A stretch of 54,770 nt of DNA from Clostridium sp. CAG:780. Lineage in GTDB: Bacteria; Bacillota; Clostridia; TANB77; CAG-508. The position numbers and the translations under genes are program-made. Location of the stretch: the NCBI GenBank assembly GCA_000434195.1, contig HF994476.1, positions 1 to 54,770 on the forward strand. The letters are read 5' to 3'. Each line of letters starts with the position of its first letter. Positions within the stretch are counted from its first letter, which is position 1. Shown here in pieces: positions 1 to 8,697 of this stretch. Below the pieces are notes generated by a model. That model was not told where the DNA came from. It made no database searches and worked only from the letters and a program-made list of their open reading frames with translations.

Positions 1-12
1 ACAGCATAAGAC

Positions 13-453
13 CTATTGCTTTTTTCTACCTAATAACTTATCTATTGAAAAAGGTTTATAGACAAGTGTTAAACTATACAAAAATGTTGTTGGTATTAAG
101 TTTTTAGAATTTTCATAGTGTGCATAATTTGCTTGTGATGTATTGATTTTCTTTGCAACTTCTTCTTGTGTCATAGAATTTCTTTTACGAAGTATGCGAA
201 GATTTTTTGATATTAAATCTATATCTATTTCTAATGGCAAATATGATTCATCATTTTTATTTGTTATACCAAACAAGTAATCAAGACTAAAGTTATAATG
301 ATTAGCATATTCAATTAATCTTCTTAATGGGATAGTATCTTTTCCAGTTTCCCAACCAGATATTGTAGTAAAGTTCAAATTAAAGAACTCTGCAATATCT
401 TTTTGTTTTATATCAATATTTTCTCTACTATTTTTAAAGTTTTTAATTATCAT
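13..453 (-). CDS. XRE-family transcriptional regulator with two tandem Cro/C1-type HTH domains
   Basis: 146-aa ORF with two HTH segments (QKDIAEFFNLNFTTISGWETGK and QEEVAKKINTSQANYAHYENSK). It is divergent from the sigma-like gene, the position of Tn916 orf9. Confidence 0.8.
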   Translation of the reverse strand: MIIKNFKNSRENIDIKQKDIAEFFNLNFTTISGWETGKDTIPLRRLIEYANHYNFSLDYLFGITNKNDESYLPLEIDIDLISKNLRILRKRNSMTQEEVAKKINTSQANYAHYENSKNLIPTTFLYSLTLVYKPFSIDKLLGRKKQ

Positions 454-865
454 TTTTTTCCCCCTATATAATTATTCCACTTACTAGGGCAAATATAATA
501 ATTCTAGGGAAAATAGACTATTGCGAACAGAAAATATTTGTATATTTGCACAATTCGACAAATTTTGCGATAGAAATATGATATATTTTTATTGAAATTA
601 CCAGAAAATATCGGAAAAAAGCATATTTTGATAGTTATAATCATTATATGAAATAGCATATTTCATATACTAAAATAAAAAAAATGACTTTTTGTATATA
701 AATTTAGGCATTTCATAAACTATTTAGTTTTTGTGTCAAAAAATGTGGTACTATGTCGATGAAATTAAAAACGAAAGAGAAATCCATCAGATTACCAATG
801 ATGTTTTTTTAAAATCAGGGAGGGATAAGATGGATTTTTATTTATTATATAAAAATAATTTAGAA

Positions 866-911
866 AGCATACACTAACTTTTAAGGGTTAATTGTGTGCT
901 TTTTTGTTTTT
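866..911 (+). terminator. Rho-independent terminator closing a mini transcription unit
   Basis: Imperfect stem agcatacactaac / gttaattgtgtgct followed by TTTTTGTTTTT. Confidence 0.55.
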
Positions 912-1213
912 ATATAAGACAATTCCATTCTATGTACTTATTAAGCATAAACATGCTGAAGGAAAAAAATTATGAGAGATTTTTTGGCGTAGCTTTATAG
1001 AAATGTTTATGTTTATGTTCTAAAAATCTACGCATTAAGAGGTGTGTAGATTTGAGAATTGTCTTGATTGATTTCAATATAATTGCATATTTCAAAGTGA
1101 GTAGAAAAGATTTTATAGACTTTTCTGCTCATTTTGTGTTTTGAGCTCCTAAATGTAGAGGACCTCCTATTACTTGAATTAACTGAAATTTGAGTGAATA
1201 GGAGGTTTTTTTT

Positions 1214-1561
1214 ATGTCTAATGAAGAATTAGAAGATGATGTTGTACTTGCAAAATTTATAAATTATATGCAAAAAGCACTTTATCACATGAGATTAAAT
1301 TATTTTAGAGATTATGAGAGAATGAGAGATTATGAGGTTGAACTAGAAGAAATTGAATGTCCAAATTCAAAAGATGTTATAAATGAAGATATATCAATTA
1401 TAGGAGTTTTAAATGATACTGAAATTAAATTATTAAACCTATTATATACACAGGGACTAAGTTATAAGGAAATATCTGAAATAACAAATGAAAATATAGA
1501 AACTTTAAAGAAAAGGCGAACTAGAGCCTTAAAGAAATTAAAAAAGGTTATGGAGGAATGA
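1214..1561 (+). CDS. Small sigma-70 region-4-like protein (Tn916 Orf7-like)
   Basis: The C-terminus LLNLLYTQGLSYKEISEITNENIETLKKRRTRALKKLKK matches the sigma-70 region-4 HTH pattern. A strong RBS (aggagg) lies 8 nt upstream of the ATG. Confidence 0.6.
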   Translation: MSNEELEDDVVLAKFINYMQKALYHMRLNYFRDYERMRDYEVELEEIECPNSKDVINEDISIIGVLNDTEIKLLNLLYTQGLSYKEISEITNENIETLKKRRTRALKKLKKVMEE

Positions 1562-1565
1562 GAAA

Positions 1566-1778
1566 ATGCAATATAATACAGAGTTTTATAAATTATTAAG
1601 ACAAGCTGTATATGATGATACAGCATTAGTAAGAGTATTAGACAAAATAATGAAACTTATAAATAGTAATTCTAAAGATGATGATGGGGAAATTAACGAG
1701 GATTTAAAGAGCGAATTGATTACATATTCTATTGAATTGATACGAAATAAAAAAATTTATAAAAAATTTGAAATTTGA
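1566..1778 (+). CDS. Conjugative-transposon HTH_16-like small protein (Tn916 Orf8-like)
   Basis: 70 aa, tightly coupled to the sigma-like gene (4-nt gap). The pattern LLRQAVYDDTALVRVLDKIMKLIN...EDLKSELITYSIELIRN resembles the Orf8/HTH_16 family. Confidence 0.45.
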   Translation: MQYNTEFYKLLRQAVYDDTALVRVLDKIMKLINSNSKDDDGEINEDLKSELITYSIELIRNKKIYKKFEI

Positions 1779-1800
1779 TGTCCACTTTTTCGATTTTTTT

Positions 1801-2100
1801 GTGCTGTTCATAGTAGAAGGGTTAAAAAACTTCTACTATGGTATGCACATTGAAAATTGAATAGATTTTATTAGAACGACAAGAACTACATTCTAGGTGG
1901 GGTAGCAACTATTTAGATATCTAATAAGAATGTTATCTTATTATGAAGTAGTTTGGATACTTTTGTATAGTCATAGAACGAGCGTAAAGTTATAGGAATA
2001 GACCATAATGTTTCTATAATGGTGCGTCCCACGCAATGAGTACAAACCAGAGTTCTGGGTGGTAGATAACCAATGTTGCTAGAAACAATAGCAATCTAAT
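1801..2100 (+). ncRNA. Candidate structured non-coding element (ncRNA, leader or oriT-like); identity unknown
   Basis: A 365-bp gap with no ORF. It contains an 11-bp perfect hairpin (catagtagaag/cttctactatg, 1809-1840, extended by gtgc/gcac) and several further stems (taataaga/tcttatta, tgcgt/acgca, ccaga/tctgg, ttgcta/tagcaa). GC at 2020-2100 is clearly above the neighbouring intergenic DNA. Confidence 0.3.
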
Positions 2101-2155
2101 AAATGAATGGAACAATTAAAGTTAAAATAATTTAACTATTAAAATGGAGGCTAAA

Positions 2156-2395
2156 ATGTTAGATATTATTTCAATGATTATAATATTATTCTTTTTAATG
2201 GGACTACCTATGATTTTAATAATTATAGGTGGCAGTAAAAGTAAGTCAGAACAAGAAAGAACTTATGAATTAGAAGAAGAAGCACAATACTGGAGAGATT
2301 ATGAAAAAGAACAAATAAGAAAGAAAAAAATTAGAAAAATAAAAATTAGGAGGTTTTTCAAATGGGTAAAGAACTTTATACATGGGAACAAGTAA
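2156..2395 (+). CDS. Small membrane protein with a Lys/Arg-rich tail
   Basis: One hydrophobic helix (IISMIIILFFLMGLPMILIIIGG). The ggagg RBS lies inside the longer ORF, which favours the ATG at 2156. Confidence 0.5.
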   Translation: MLDIISMIIILFFLMGLPMILIIIGGSKSKSEQERTYELEEEAQYWRDYEKEQIRKKKIRKIKIRRFFKWVKNFIHGNK

Positions 2396-2553
2396 GAGCT
2401 TATGGAGAAATTGCATTACATAATTTAACAAAATCAGCAAATGAAATAAATATGAGAAATTTTAAAAAGTGCATAGATCCACTACAAACTTTATATGCAA
2501 AAGATGGAGTGGAAGGAATGGCAGAATATTTAATGAATAAATATGAAAAATAA
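2362..2553 (+). CDS. Hypothetical small protein
   Basis: 63-aa ORF with an aggagg RBS 8 nt upstream. It overlaps the end of the previous ORF. Confidence 0.5.
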   Translation: MGKELYTWEQVRAYGEIALHNLTKSANEINMRNFKKCIDPLQTLYAKDGVEGMAEYLMNKYEK

Positions 2554-2563
2554 ATAATAAAGA

Positions 2564-2594
2564 AAGATGTTAGTTTTTTACTAGCATCTTTTTT
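2564..2594 (+). terminator. Rho-independent terminator
   Basis: 10-bp stem aagatgttag/ctagcatctt, 7-nt loop, then TTTT. Confidence 0.6.
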
Positions 2595-2607
2595 GAAAGG
2601 AAAAGTT

Positions 2608-2901
2608 ATGGAGGAAATTAATCAATTAGAATACAAACTAAAGAAAAGCAAAGAAAATTTACAAGCAGATATTGCAAATAGAAGAATTGATAAAATTGAT
2701 AATATTAGTATAGATTCTAATACTTCATTAGAATCGAGAATACTTAATTTCTTTCAAAAGATTAAAAATCCTTATGCAATTAGAGTTGGAAATATAGTAG
2801 TGGAAATGGAGTTTTCAGATAATTCTAATATATCTCCAATGGAGTGTATAGACGCTACTTTAATAAATGAATACAAAATGAGAGAAATGTCAAATGTGTA
2901 A
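2608..2901 (+). CDS. Hypothetical protein directly upstream of the recombinases (possible directionality or accessory factor)
   Basis: ORF in the element's coding direction. The ATG at 2608 is preferred because the TTG at 2593 sits in the terminator tail. No recognisable motif. Confidence 0.45.
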   Translation: MEEINQLEYKLKKSKENLQADIANRRIDKIDNISIDSNTSLESRILNFFQKIKNPYAIRVGNIVVEMEFSDNSNISPMECIDATLINEYKMREMSNV

Positions 2902-2981
2902 ATTTTAGAATTGAGGAATTTTAGTAAAATAGGATAAAATCAAAGGTTATGCTACTATTTGGGTGTATGAGGTTTTAGAAA

Positions 2982-4658
2982 ATGAAAAGAGGTAGAAAAA
3001 GTAAATATGATATTGAAATAAATAAATCAAAAGTTTGGAATGTTGCTGTATATATTAGATTATCAGTTCAAGATGGAGATAAAGCAGAAAGTAATAGTGT
3101 TATCAATCAGAAAGAACTTTTAAATATGTATTTGGAACAAAATAAAGAACTTAATGTTAAAGAATATTATATTGATGACGGATTTTCTGGAACAACTTTT
3201 GATAGACCTGCTTTCAAGAAAATGATGAAAGATATAGAAAAAGAAATAGTAAATACAGTTATAGTAAAAGATTTATCTCGTTTTGGAAGAAACTATATTG
3301 AAGTTGGAAATAAGATAAATTCATTTATGAAAGATAATATAAGATTTATATCTGTTTGTGAAAAGATAGATAGTTATAAAGATAAAAAGTCAGTAGATGA
3401 TATTATTTTTCCTTTAAAAAATATAATGAATGAAATGTATTGCAAAGATGTATCAGATAAATTGATAAAGACATTTGAGGTTATGAAAAAAGAGGGGAAA
3501 TATATAGGAGGAATACCACCTTTTGGCTATATAAGAGATGAAAATAATAAACACAAACTAATAGTAGATAAGGCTTCAGCAAGTGTTGTAAGAAGAATAT
3601 TTGATTTATGCGAATCTGGAATTGGTAATGTGTTAATTACTAAAGAATTAAATGAAAAAAATGTATTAACACCAAGCGAATATAATTGTAAGATTTTAAA
3701 AATTACATCATCAAGTAGTAAAGTTGCAAAACAATGGACAGCAAGTATTGTCGGAAAGATATTAGATAATAGAGTTTATTGTGGGGATTTAGTTCAAAAC
3801 AAGACAAGAGGAATTAGTTATAAAGTACATAAGAGATTAAAAAACGATGAAGAAGATTACATTATAATTGAAAATGCACATGAACCAATTATAGAAAAAG
3901 AAAGATTTTTTAATATACAAAAAATAAGAAAAGATAGAAAGTTTAATTGGAACAGAAGAATAGAAAATATTTCTATATTTGACGGAATTGTATTTTGCAG
4001 TAATTGTAATAAGCCATTAGTAGCAACTATAAAAGAAAAAAGTATGATAAATAATACTGAAATTGATAAATATGTATTGGAATGTAAAGAATGCAATAAT
4101 CAAAATGATAAACCTTATGTAATAGATGTGGACAAGTTAAAAATATGTATTTTTAGAAGTATTAAATATCATATAGATTTACTAAATGGATTTGAAAATG
4201 CAAGATTATCTGTTAAAGAAAATAAAGAATATGCAGACAAAATAAAAGAGAATGTTGAGAATTTAAAAAATAAATTAGAAAGACTTGATAAAGAAAGAAC
4301 AAAATATTTCACAAAATTCAGAGATATGGAAATTGACGAGCAAGAATATATTGCTTTTATCAGAGAGAATGTTAAAGAGGAAGAAAATATAAAGGAACAA
4401 ATTAAAAAAGAAAAAGCAAAGTTAATGGAGGCAAGATTAAGTTATAAGAATGTTGCTGAAAATAACTGGGTAGATACTTTAATGAAATATAAAAATCAAA
4501 GGAAGATTACAAAAGAAATGTTAAATGACTTAATAGAAAAAATTTATATCAATAATGATGGTAGAAAAATTAAATTAGTATTTAAGTATGAAGACGCTTT
4601 TAAATTAGCAATGGATTATTTGAAAATTGTAAAGGAAGGGGGAAATACTAATGCCTAG
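2982..4658 (+). CDS. Large serine recombinase
   Basis: N-terminal resolvase catalytic domain (VAVYIRLSVQDGD...YIDDGFSGTTFDRPAFKKMM...VIVKDLSRFGRN), a recombinase domain with Cys-rich zinc ribbon (CSNCNK...CKECNN), and a C-terminal coiled coil. Confidence 0.9.
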   Translation: MKRGRKSKYDIEINKSKVWNVAVYIRLSVQDGDKAESNSVINQKELLNMYLEQNKELNVKEYYIDDGFSGTTFDRPAFKKMMKDIEKEIVNTVIVKDLSRFGRNYIEVGNKINSFMKDNIRFISVCEKIDSYKDKKSVDDIIFPLKNIMNEMYCKDVSDKLIKTFEVMKKEGKYIGGIPPFGYIRDENNKHKLIVDKASASVVRRIFDLCESGIGNVLITKELNEKNVLTPSEYNCKILKITSSSSKVAKQWTASIVGKILDNRVYCGDLVQNKTRGISYKVHKRLKNDEEDYIIIENAHEPIIEKERFFNIQKIRKDRKFNWNRRIENISIFDGIVFCSNCNKPLVATIKEKSMINNTEIDKYVLECKECNNQNDKPYVIDVDKLKICIFRSIKYHIDLLNGFENARLSVKENKEYADKIKENVENLKNKLERLDKERTKYFTKFRDMEIDEQEYIAFIRENVKEEENIKEQIKKEKAKLMEARLSYKNVAENNWVDTLMKYKNQRKITKEMLNDLIEKIYINNDGRKIKLVFKYEDAFKLAMDYLKIVKEGGNTNA

Positions 4659-6333
4659 ACAAAGTAAATATAATAAAGAAGAAAAAGATAATGTGAAAAG
4701 TTATCAATATAAAGCAGCAATATATATAAGATTATCAGTAGAAGATGGAGATAAAGAAGAAAGTAATAGTATAACAAATCAAAGAATGTTATTAAATCAA
4801 TTTTTAAAAGATAATTCAGATATTGAAGTATATGATTATTATACAGATGATGGATTTTCTGGAACTACTTTTAATAGACCAGGATTTGAAAAATTGTTAG
4901 AAGACTTATATGAAAAGAAATTTAATACTGTTATTGTAAAAGATTTATCAAGATTAGGAAGAAACTATATTGAAGTTGGAAATTATATTGAAAAAGTATT
5001 TCCTTTATATAATATAAGATTTATTGCAGTTAATGACCAAATAGATAGCATAAAAAATCCTGAATCAGTTAATAGCATAATTGTACCTTTTAAAAATTTA
5101 ATAAATGACGAATACTGTCGAGATATATCAAATAAAATAAAGGCAGTATTAAATGTAAAAATGAAAAAAGGAGAATATGTTGGAGCTTATGCACCTTATG
5201 GATATATCAAAGATCCAGATGATGTACATCATTTAATTATTGATGAAGATGCAGCAAAAGTCGTTAGAATGATATATGAACTTACTTTAAATGGATATGG
5301 AAGAACAGCAATAGCAAAAAAATTAAATGAATTAGGAATATTAAATCCAACAGGACATAGAGCAATAGATTTAAAAATGAAAACACCATTTAAGAATAAT
5401 ACCGATAAAGTTACATATTCTTGGTGTTCAACAACAATTAGAGATATTTTACGAAATCAAATGTATTGTGGAGATTTAGTTCAAAACAAAGGAAAACTAA
5501 TTAGTTATAAAATACATAAAAGAGTATTAGTACCACAAGAAGAATGGATTATTGTAAAAGATACACATGATGCAATTATAGATAGAGATACATTTAATAA
5601 GGTACAAAAAGCAATACTAAACAGAGATACAAGAATGAATACAGATGGAAAAATATCCATATTTGCAGGACATATTAAATGTGGAGATTGCCAAAGGGCA
5701 ATGAGTAAAAAGATACCAGGAAAATATAAAGGACAACCTAGAAATTATTATCATTATATGTGTTCTGCATATATGAGGTCTGGTGGAGAAATTTGTACAA
5801 AGCATAGTATAAAAAATGATGAATTAGAAAAAGCAGTTTTAGAAAGCGTAAAAGTTCAAATTGGACTTATAATAGATATGAAAAGAATAAAAGGACAAAT
5901 AGATAGTAAAACATTTAATGATAATCGTAGAAGTTATTTGCTAGAAAATATCAATAAATGTGAAGAAACATTGAATATTAAAAGAAAGTTAAGAAAAGAG
6001 GCTTACGAGGATTGGAAATTAGGCATTATTACAGAAAAGGAATATAATGACTACACCCAAGAATACGGAAGGCAAATAAAGGAAAATGAAGCATATATTG
6101 AAGAAAACTATAAAGAATTACAGAATTTAGACAAAATGAGTACCTCTGGAGAATGGATTGAATATTTTGAAAAATATCAGAATGTAAATTCATTATCAAG
6201 AGAACTTATAGATGGACTAATAGATGATATATATGTTTATGAAGATAAGAAAATTAAAGTTAAGTTTAAATATGAAGATGAATACAATTATTTAATTCAA
6301 TATATAAAAAGAAGAAAGGGAGATATACTTTAA
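4651..6333 (+). CDS. Large serine recombinase (second, translationally coupled copy)
   Basis: Same architecture (AAIYIRLSVEDGD...YTDDGFSGTTFNRPGFEKLL...VIVKDLSRLGRN; CGDCQR...C..Y...GGEIC). Its start overlaps the previous stop by 8 nt. Confidence 0.9.
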   Translation: MPRQSKYNKEEKDNVKSYQYKAAIYIRLSVEDGDKEESNSITNQRMLLNQFLKDNSDIEVYDYYTDDGFSGTTFNRPGFEKLLEDLYEKKFNTVIVKDLSRLGRNYIEVGNYIEKVFPLYNIRFIAVNDQIDSIKNPESVNSIIVPFKNLINDEYCRDISNKIKAVLNVKMKKGEYVGAYAPYGYIKDPDDVHHLIIDEDAAKVVRMIYELTLNGYGRTAIAKKLNELGILNPTGHRAIDLKMKTPFKNNTDKVTYSWCSTTIRDILRNQMYCGDLVQNKGKLISYKIHKRVLVPQEEWIIVKDTHDAIIDRDTFNKVQKAILNRDTRMNTDGKISIFAGHIKCGDCQRAMSKKIPGKYKGQPRNYYHYMCSAYMRSGGEICTKHSIKNDELEKAVLESVKVQIGLIIDMKRIKGQIDSKTFNDNRRSYLLENINKCEETLNIKRKLRKEAYEDWKLGIITEKEYNDYTQEYGRQIKENEAYIEENYKELQNLDKMSTSGEWIEYFEKYQNVNSLSRELIDGLIDDIYVYEDKKIKVKFKYEDEYNYLIQYIKRRKGDIL

Positions 6334-6655
6334 AGAGAATTTATCTCTCTTTTTTCGGTAATTTTATAGAAAAAAATTAAATTTTATGATATAATTTGAA
6401 AAGTTTTAAGGAGGTTATATATTATAACCGCAAAAACTTAAAAAACTTATGTATGAACACTTACATAAGATTATGAAAAATACGAAAAACAAGAAAAAAT
6501 GGCGAATAAAAGCCTCAAAACCCTTGATATTATAACTGTTTTAATGAAGAACGACAGGGTACGCGAATTTGAATGGTTAGATACGAGGAGTTGAGAAGAA
6601 GATAGATATAATAAGCAGATTATGAAAGACCAAAGAAATTTGATTAATAGTATAG

Positions 6656-6760
6656 GTGAGACAAATTAGTTGGACTCATAATGTTATGATATTAGGTGCG
6701 ACTGATTCAATAGAAGAAAAAGAATTCTATATAAGAATGTGCATAAAAAACAATTATATA
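6656..6760 (+). pseudogene. Remnant of a DUF1016/YhcG-family (PDDEXK nuclease) gene
   Basis: The short frame translates to RQISWTHNVMILGATDSIEEKEFYIRMCIKNNY, which resembles the conserved central block of DUF1016 proteins. It has no start and is flanked by stops. It may extend degenerately back to about 6540. Confidence 0.4.
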
Positions 6761-6827
6761 TTATACCGATGCTTTAATAAGAACAAAAGAAAAAGAAAAT
6801 TGTGACATAAAAAATGGAGAGTAACGT

Positions 6828-6861
6828 ATAAAGAAAATGCTCCGGGGTATTACCCCGGAGC
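6828..6861 (-). terminator. Rho-independent terminator for the minus-strand GC-rich module
   Basis: 9-bp GC-rich stem gctccgggg/ccccggagc (6839-6861), followed on the minus strand by ATTTTCTTT. Confidence 0.65.
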
Positions 6862-6882
6862 ATACTCTTTTGCGCAAAAGAG

Positions 6883-7779
6883 TTATTCTGCCGTGACTGC
6901 TGTTGAATAAACGCTCTGCATGTTGTCTTCATCAAAGATGACTTCGTAAGGAAGACTGATGTCGGTCAACTTTTGCAGTAGCTTGTCAAGCTTCGCAAGT
7001 GCTCCAATTTGCTTGAGGTTCAGCTCTTGCATTACTGTCATGTGCTCTGAAATGAATGGAACAAGATCTACTTCACTATCAGAAACTATTGGAGTTTCCT
7101 TAAGAGGACTTTCGATTTCAATAACGCCGTTGGCGTAAACCCATACGATAGCCTTCTTGGATTCCTCAATTCTCTGACGTAGAGCCTCTAGCTCCTTCTT
7201 GTGATTGCGTATTCTCTCGGAAAGTTGAGTCATTTCTTCTGCTTTGAGATTGAACTCTGTAACGATTTTAGTTGCAGAAGATTGGTACTGCTCAATCATT
7301 TCTTGTAGAGAAGCAAGCTTTATTTCAATCTCTCTTAGATTGTCAATAAGCTTATGCCGGTCTTTCTGAATTTGTTCGTGAGCGAGCTCCATATGAATAA
7401 GCTCATCACTCATCACAGACTCTTTCTTCTGCATTTCTGAGAAGGTCTCAAAGGAACTTACAACGGAAAAAGTTGTTGCTTCAGAAGCTTCGGAAGTAAC
7501 AGGTTCTTCGGATGCAGATTTATCTACATCAGTCGAAACAGACGTTTCGTCGGCCTGTACTACCTCAGATTTCTTAGACTTACGAGAAATAGTTTTCTTG
7601 CCGGATTTCTGAAGCTCTTTAATGAACATTCTGGCTTCACCAGGGGTTATCTCCCGAATCAGGGAGAACAATTCTTCTTGAGAAGAAAGTCCGTAGCGGG
7701 CCAAAAGCTCATCTGTTGTTACGTGTCTCTTGACAAGGGTGTGTAGGTCGCGAGATGTGATTTGTACATTAGTAGGCAT
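6883..7779 (-). CDS. Hypothetical coiled-coil protein in a GC-richer insert
   Basis: 298-aa ORF with a Ser/Glu-rich linker and long heptad-like segments. Codon composition is visibly GC-richer than the flanks. Confidence 0.6.
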   Translation of the reverse strand: MPTNVQITSRDLHTLVKRHVTTDELLARYGLSSQEELFSLIREITPGEARMFIKELQKSGKKTISRKSKKSEVVQADETSVSTDVDKSASEEPVTSEASEATTFSVVSSFETFSEMQKKESVMSDELIHMELAHEQIQKDRHKLIDNLREIEIKLASLQEMIEQYQSSATKIVTEFNLKAEEMTQLSERIRNHKKELEALRQRIEESKKAIVWVYANGVIEIESPLKETPIVSDSEVDLVPFISEHMTVMQELNLKQIGALAKLDKLLQKLTDISLPYEVIFDEDNMQSVYSTAVTAE

Positions 7780-7781
7780 TA

Positions 7782-8141
7782 TTATTCCTCCTCAAAACTG
7801 GCAATGATTTGTTTGATTTTTTGTTGTGCCTCGCTTATGCTATTTTTCGCATTCTCTAGGTCTTTCAACAACTTTTCGGCGTCTACCTTGAAAGCAACTT
7901 CTTCTCGACGAATATGGGTTTTGCAAGATGTCTTAACAACTTTCAAAAGTTCTTCCCGAGTTGTGCCGTTTGCTTCAGCGATGTCTTGCAAATGATAATA
8001 GACCGTGGTTTTATGGATGTTAAATTTTTTCGCAATATCAGGGATTGAAAATCCTTGATAATGAAGATCCATAAAATTTTGCTCCATTTGTAGGACTCGT
8101 TCGCTGAGCCAGGGTGCTTTGATAGGTGTAGTCGTGCGCAA
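7782..8141 (-). CDS. Small HTH DNA-binding protein in a GC-richer insert
   Basis: TTG start with an AGGAGGG RBS. HTH-like segment GFSIPDIAKKFNIHKTTVYYHLQ. Separated by 2 nt from the downstream coiled-coil gene. Confidence 0.6.
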   Translation of the reverse strand: MRTTTPIKAPWLSERVLQMEQNFMDLHYQGFSIPDIAKKFNIHKTTVYYHLQDIAEANGTTREELLKVVKTSCKTHIRREEVAFKVDAEKLLKDLENAKNSISEAQQKIKQIIASFEEE

Positions 8142-8339
8142 AAGAATTCCCTCCTTTTAAAATTTTTTTCTAGGATTTTCTAAGGGACTACTATGTATAG
8201 TATACCATAAAATAGAAGAAAAATCAAATTATGTAAAGCCTACAGCAAGGATAAAATCAGGATTAAACAAAAAAACAAATAGAAACAGATAAAAAGCTTT
8301 AAATAAAACAATTTTCATTACTATATTTTCAATAAATCC

Positions 8340-8368
8340 TTGACATTTGGGCTATTAAAAAATAAAAT
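8340..8368 (+). promoter_or_regulatory. Sigma-A-type promoter
   Basis: TTGACA, 17-nt spacer, TAAAAT, about 60 nt upstream of the ORF at 8429. Confidence 0.55.
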
Positions 8369-8428
8369 ATAGCTAGAAAAAAAGCACTATCAAAACAGCT
8401 ACAAAATTAATAAGAAAGTAGTGATAAA

Positions 8429-8680
8429 ATGAAAAGTAATTATAAGTTTGAAAATAATAAGGTAATTGAACAAGTAAATGTAAATGGAACGACATACACT
8501 AAAATAAAGGAAATAGAATTTGCAAATGATACATATGTTGAATTTAGAAATAATGAGCAAGGCAGAATAATCTTTATGCTGAAAAAAAACGGAGAATACG
8601 AAGAAATAACGGACGAAAGAAAACTCAGAAGAATGCTAGAAAACAATTATATAATCAAAAATAATATAAATATTATATAA
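8429..8680 (+). CDS. Hypothetical small protein
   Basis: 83-aa ORF in apparent operon with the HExxH protein gene (17-nt gap). Confidence 0.5.
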   Translation: MKSNYKFENNKVIEQVNVNGTTYTKIKEIEFANDTYVEFRNNEQGRIIFMLKKNGEYEEITDERKLRRMLENNYIIKNNINII

Positions 8681-8697
8681 ACTAGGGAGCATAAAAT

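Larger units (their letters stand above)
1..6360. mobile_element. Right-hand (regulation/recombination) end of a Tn916/Tn5397-like integrative conjugative element; the left part lies outside the window
   Basis: Gene order is XRE repressor (minus), sigma region-4 protein, HTH_16-like protein, small ORFs, recombinase genes. This mirrors Tn916 orf9-orf7-orf8-orf5-xis-int, with large serine recombinases replacing xis/int as TndX does in Tn5397. The right boundary is only inferred from the end of the second recombinase gene. Confidence 0.5.

Noticed and set aside
1801-2100. T-box riboswitch or group II intron fragment. The cues were GGGTGGTA at about 2057-2064 and GTGCT at 1801.
   Set aside because: - The T-box consensus continuation (ACCGCG) and the Stem I/specifier features are absent, and the downstream gene is not an aminoacyl-tRNA-related gene.
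- No domain V-like hairpin or intron-encoded reverse transcriptase is present.

The region is left as an unclassified structured element.
3857-4096. Antisense or embedded ORFs from the six-frame track inside well-supported genes. Examples: 3857-4096, 5617-5805, 8790-9194, 10784-11278, 12934-13386, 13921-14499, 16709-17110, 17001-17363, 25338-25790, 27318-27728, 35159-35518, 36677-37033, 41576-41869, 53353-53670.
   Set aside because: - They lie opposite to or within genes with strong family motifs.
- They translate to low-complexity Leu/Phe/Ile/Ser-rich strings typical of AT-rich antisense frames.
- They lack convincing RBS and start contexts.
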